A stretch of 63,084 nucleotides of DNA, the filler included, from Rhabdomonas costata (lineage: Eukaryota): the NCBI GenBank assembly GCA_019059605.1. It is 33 parts of 33 records of this genome, joined end to end, with 100 filler letters (N's around TTAATTAATTAA, not from the genome) between each part and the next. Parts side by side here need not be neighbours in the genome. Positions count along the whole stretch, not along the records: positions 61,268 to 63,084 come from JAHMHO010008681.1; 32 more parts are not named here. One strand, written 5' to 3'. Below, in pieces: positions 61,441 through 63,084 of this stretch (its first letter is position 1; every line of letters starts with the position of its first letter). The notes beneath the pieces were generated by a model that saw only the letters and a program-made list of their open reading frames with translations, was not told the DNA's origin and searched no databases. The position numbers and the translations under genes were made by a program.

Positions 61441-62524
61441 GTGGGCCTCGTTCCCCTCTTCCTCTTCCAGCACACGCCAGTGCCTGCTCCTTCTTCTTCC
61501 CCATCCGTGACATCCGTGACGGTTTGCCTTCGTCGTGGTGTTCAGCTCGGCTGCCAGCTGCTTCACTGACTGTCGTGTCCCGGTAACCATTTGATCCGGG
61601 ACAAGTGTCCTCTGGACCTGTGTTTGTACAAATCTTTTTTTTGACGATCCTTCGCGCGCGCATGCGGTTCGTGATACTGTCTGTTCATAGAACCTATGAT
61701 AGCATTGTGTTTCACTTTTGCAGTCGGGAAACCCGGGTTGGATGTGAGAGAATACTTGATTTCCACCCTGCTGAAGTGAAGCGAAGCAATGCCAAAGGCA
61801 AAAAATAGGTAAAATTGAATTTTGCCTGAAATGATGCGTAAAGAAGTTGTGGACGCCATTAGCGATGCAAGGCAATTGCCCTGGGTTCCGCCGGTTTCCC
61901 AGCGTTATGTTCGCCCTCACGCACGAAGGCACAAGGGAAGAACACGAATAAGGTGCTGCAAAGTGTAGCCAAATGCCCAAATTGACCCCTTATTGCCCCT
62001 AAATGCCGGGCCATTGCGTCGGTGACCGGTGAAGGCCGCTCCTTGCTGAACGTGCACGTTCGCTTCAGCAGCAAACGGCGAACTCCTGTGGCTATTTGAT
62101 AAAATTGTGCACAGTGTTCCCTCATTCCTTCTTTCAATTTTTCCGACTCGGAATTATCGCTGCCAGTGTGGTGCCCGACTTTTGGAGCCCATGAAGCAAG
62201 TGATAGCCTTCTTTTTTCCCTTCGGGTGTAGGGTTCACAGACTTTAGGCTCTATTTCTGTTTTTTTTTGGTGTGTTTTGTCGCCACCGTCTTCGAAACAC
62301 TTTCCTCTGATGAAGGGCTTCCGTTCTTTCAGCCGGGCTTTGTTAGCCACCCAGTGTCGCAGCACCCCTTCAGGTGTGCTAGGGGGGGGGTCCCATTCCC
62401 TCCTGGGTGGGACTGTGCCCTTCCCAGATCTCGTGTGTGATGCCACTGTAACCCCGCGAATCTGGCAGTTGCGTAAACAGGCGGTAGGTGAGAGGTTTGC
62501 GCAGTATTTGTTGTCAAAAAACAG

Positions 62525-62838
62525 ATGTTTCGTTTCGTTTCGTTGATGGGTCCGCTTTTGTCCAAACCGCTTATCCTGCTCTTCATGCTTGACGCCCCCT
62601 CCGTTTCACCCGCTGTTGCTGTAACGTAGCGAGCAAATAAGGAAGGAAGGTATCGCCGAAGTCAGTGCCGCAGTTCTCGCTGCCGTTGCGTTGCTGTGCT
62701 CTTCTTTTAGTTCTGTGCTTTGCTGTGCACCCATGGTTAGGATGTTGGGCCCGGTGCTATGCTGACGCAAAGACCGCCGGCGATGACATCATCGGTATTG
62801 ACCTGGGCACCACGAACTCCTGCGTGGCCGTTGTGCAG
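62525..62838 (+). CDS. Hsp70, probably mitochondrial, 5' exons (62525-62549, 62741-approx 62838)
   Basis: Spliced MFRFVSLMG|CWARCYADAKTAGDDIIGIDLGTTNSCVAV: short basic presequence plus the GIDLGTTNSCVA signature of DnaK/mtHsp70. Confidence 0.88.
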
Positions 62839-62939
62839 GCTCGTTGCGCCCCTCTGTTTTTTTTTCATCACGGGAGGTCGCAGTCTTCATTTGCCCATTT
62901 CCCACTTTCCTTCGTACGGCTCACTTTCATGTCTTGTTT

Positions 62940-62983
<44 letters not shown>

Positions 62984-63084
62984 ACAACAGCTACAATCCC
63001 CTCCCCCTTCCTGCCTTTAACCTATGACTGGTGTCTTCTGGAAATTCCCAAGTGTGTGATCTTGAGTCAGGCTTTGAGCTTTCT

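Noticed and set aside
61339-61980. 213-aa minus-strand ORF from the ORF track
   Set aside because: No recognisable motifs, and it overlaps the well-supported plus-strand PDE6D terminal exon and its 3' flank.
62830-62845. Non-canonical GC donor after VAVVQ in Hsp70
   Set aside because: In-phase GT donors exist at 62830 and 62833, and the next exon is not in the window.
1-63084. About 1.8-kb units with GT/CA-rich ends as telomere-capped nanochromosomes
   Set aside because: The polarity is opposite to telomeres (G/T at 5' starts), there is no fixed repeat unit, genes are cut mid-exon or mid-intron, and the uniform length reflects size-sorted contigs.

Overview
This window is not one locus. It is a concatenation of 33 unrelated contigs of about 1.8 kb, joined by artificial 100-nt spacers (N44-TTAATTAATTAA-N44), so neighbourhoods across spacers carry no meaning. 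Most contig 5' ends are G/T-only and most 3' ends are C/A-only, the footprint of GenomePlex/TransPlex-type amplification primers. The DNA comes from an intron-rich, flagellated eukaryote using the standard genetic code and GT-AG introns. It is most plausibly a euglenozoan (euglenid- or diplonemid-like), inferred from a short 'MFRF' mitochondrial presequence on mtHsp70, several class III cyclase fragments and relaxed splice donors. Recognisable gene fragments are a Ser/Thr kinase, class III nucleotidyl cyclases, INTS8-like, WD40, KIF28-like kinesin, ALG3, ZNFX1-like helicase, CAP/SCP-like, TRP-like membrane protein, Kelch protein, dynein heavy chain, GH78 rhamnosidase, myotubularin, IFT172, P4-ATPase, a front-end desaturase-like fragment, PDE6D and mtHsp70. 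Decayed transposons include a DD41D-type Tc1/mariner and possible RLE non-LTR and hAT remnants. The standout is contig 49791-51604: an intron-less, frameshifted protease / Cys-His-rich / RdRp cassette of a positive-strand RNA virus (Pisuviricota-like), a candidate endogenous RNA-virus element in a protist genome. All identifications come from motif recognition by eye; no database search was run.
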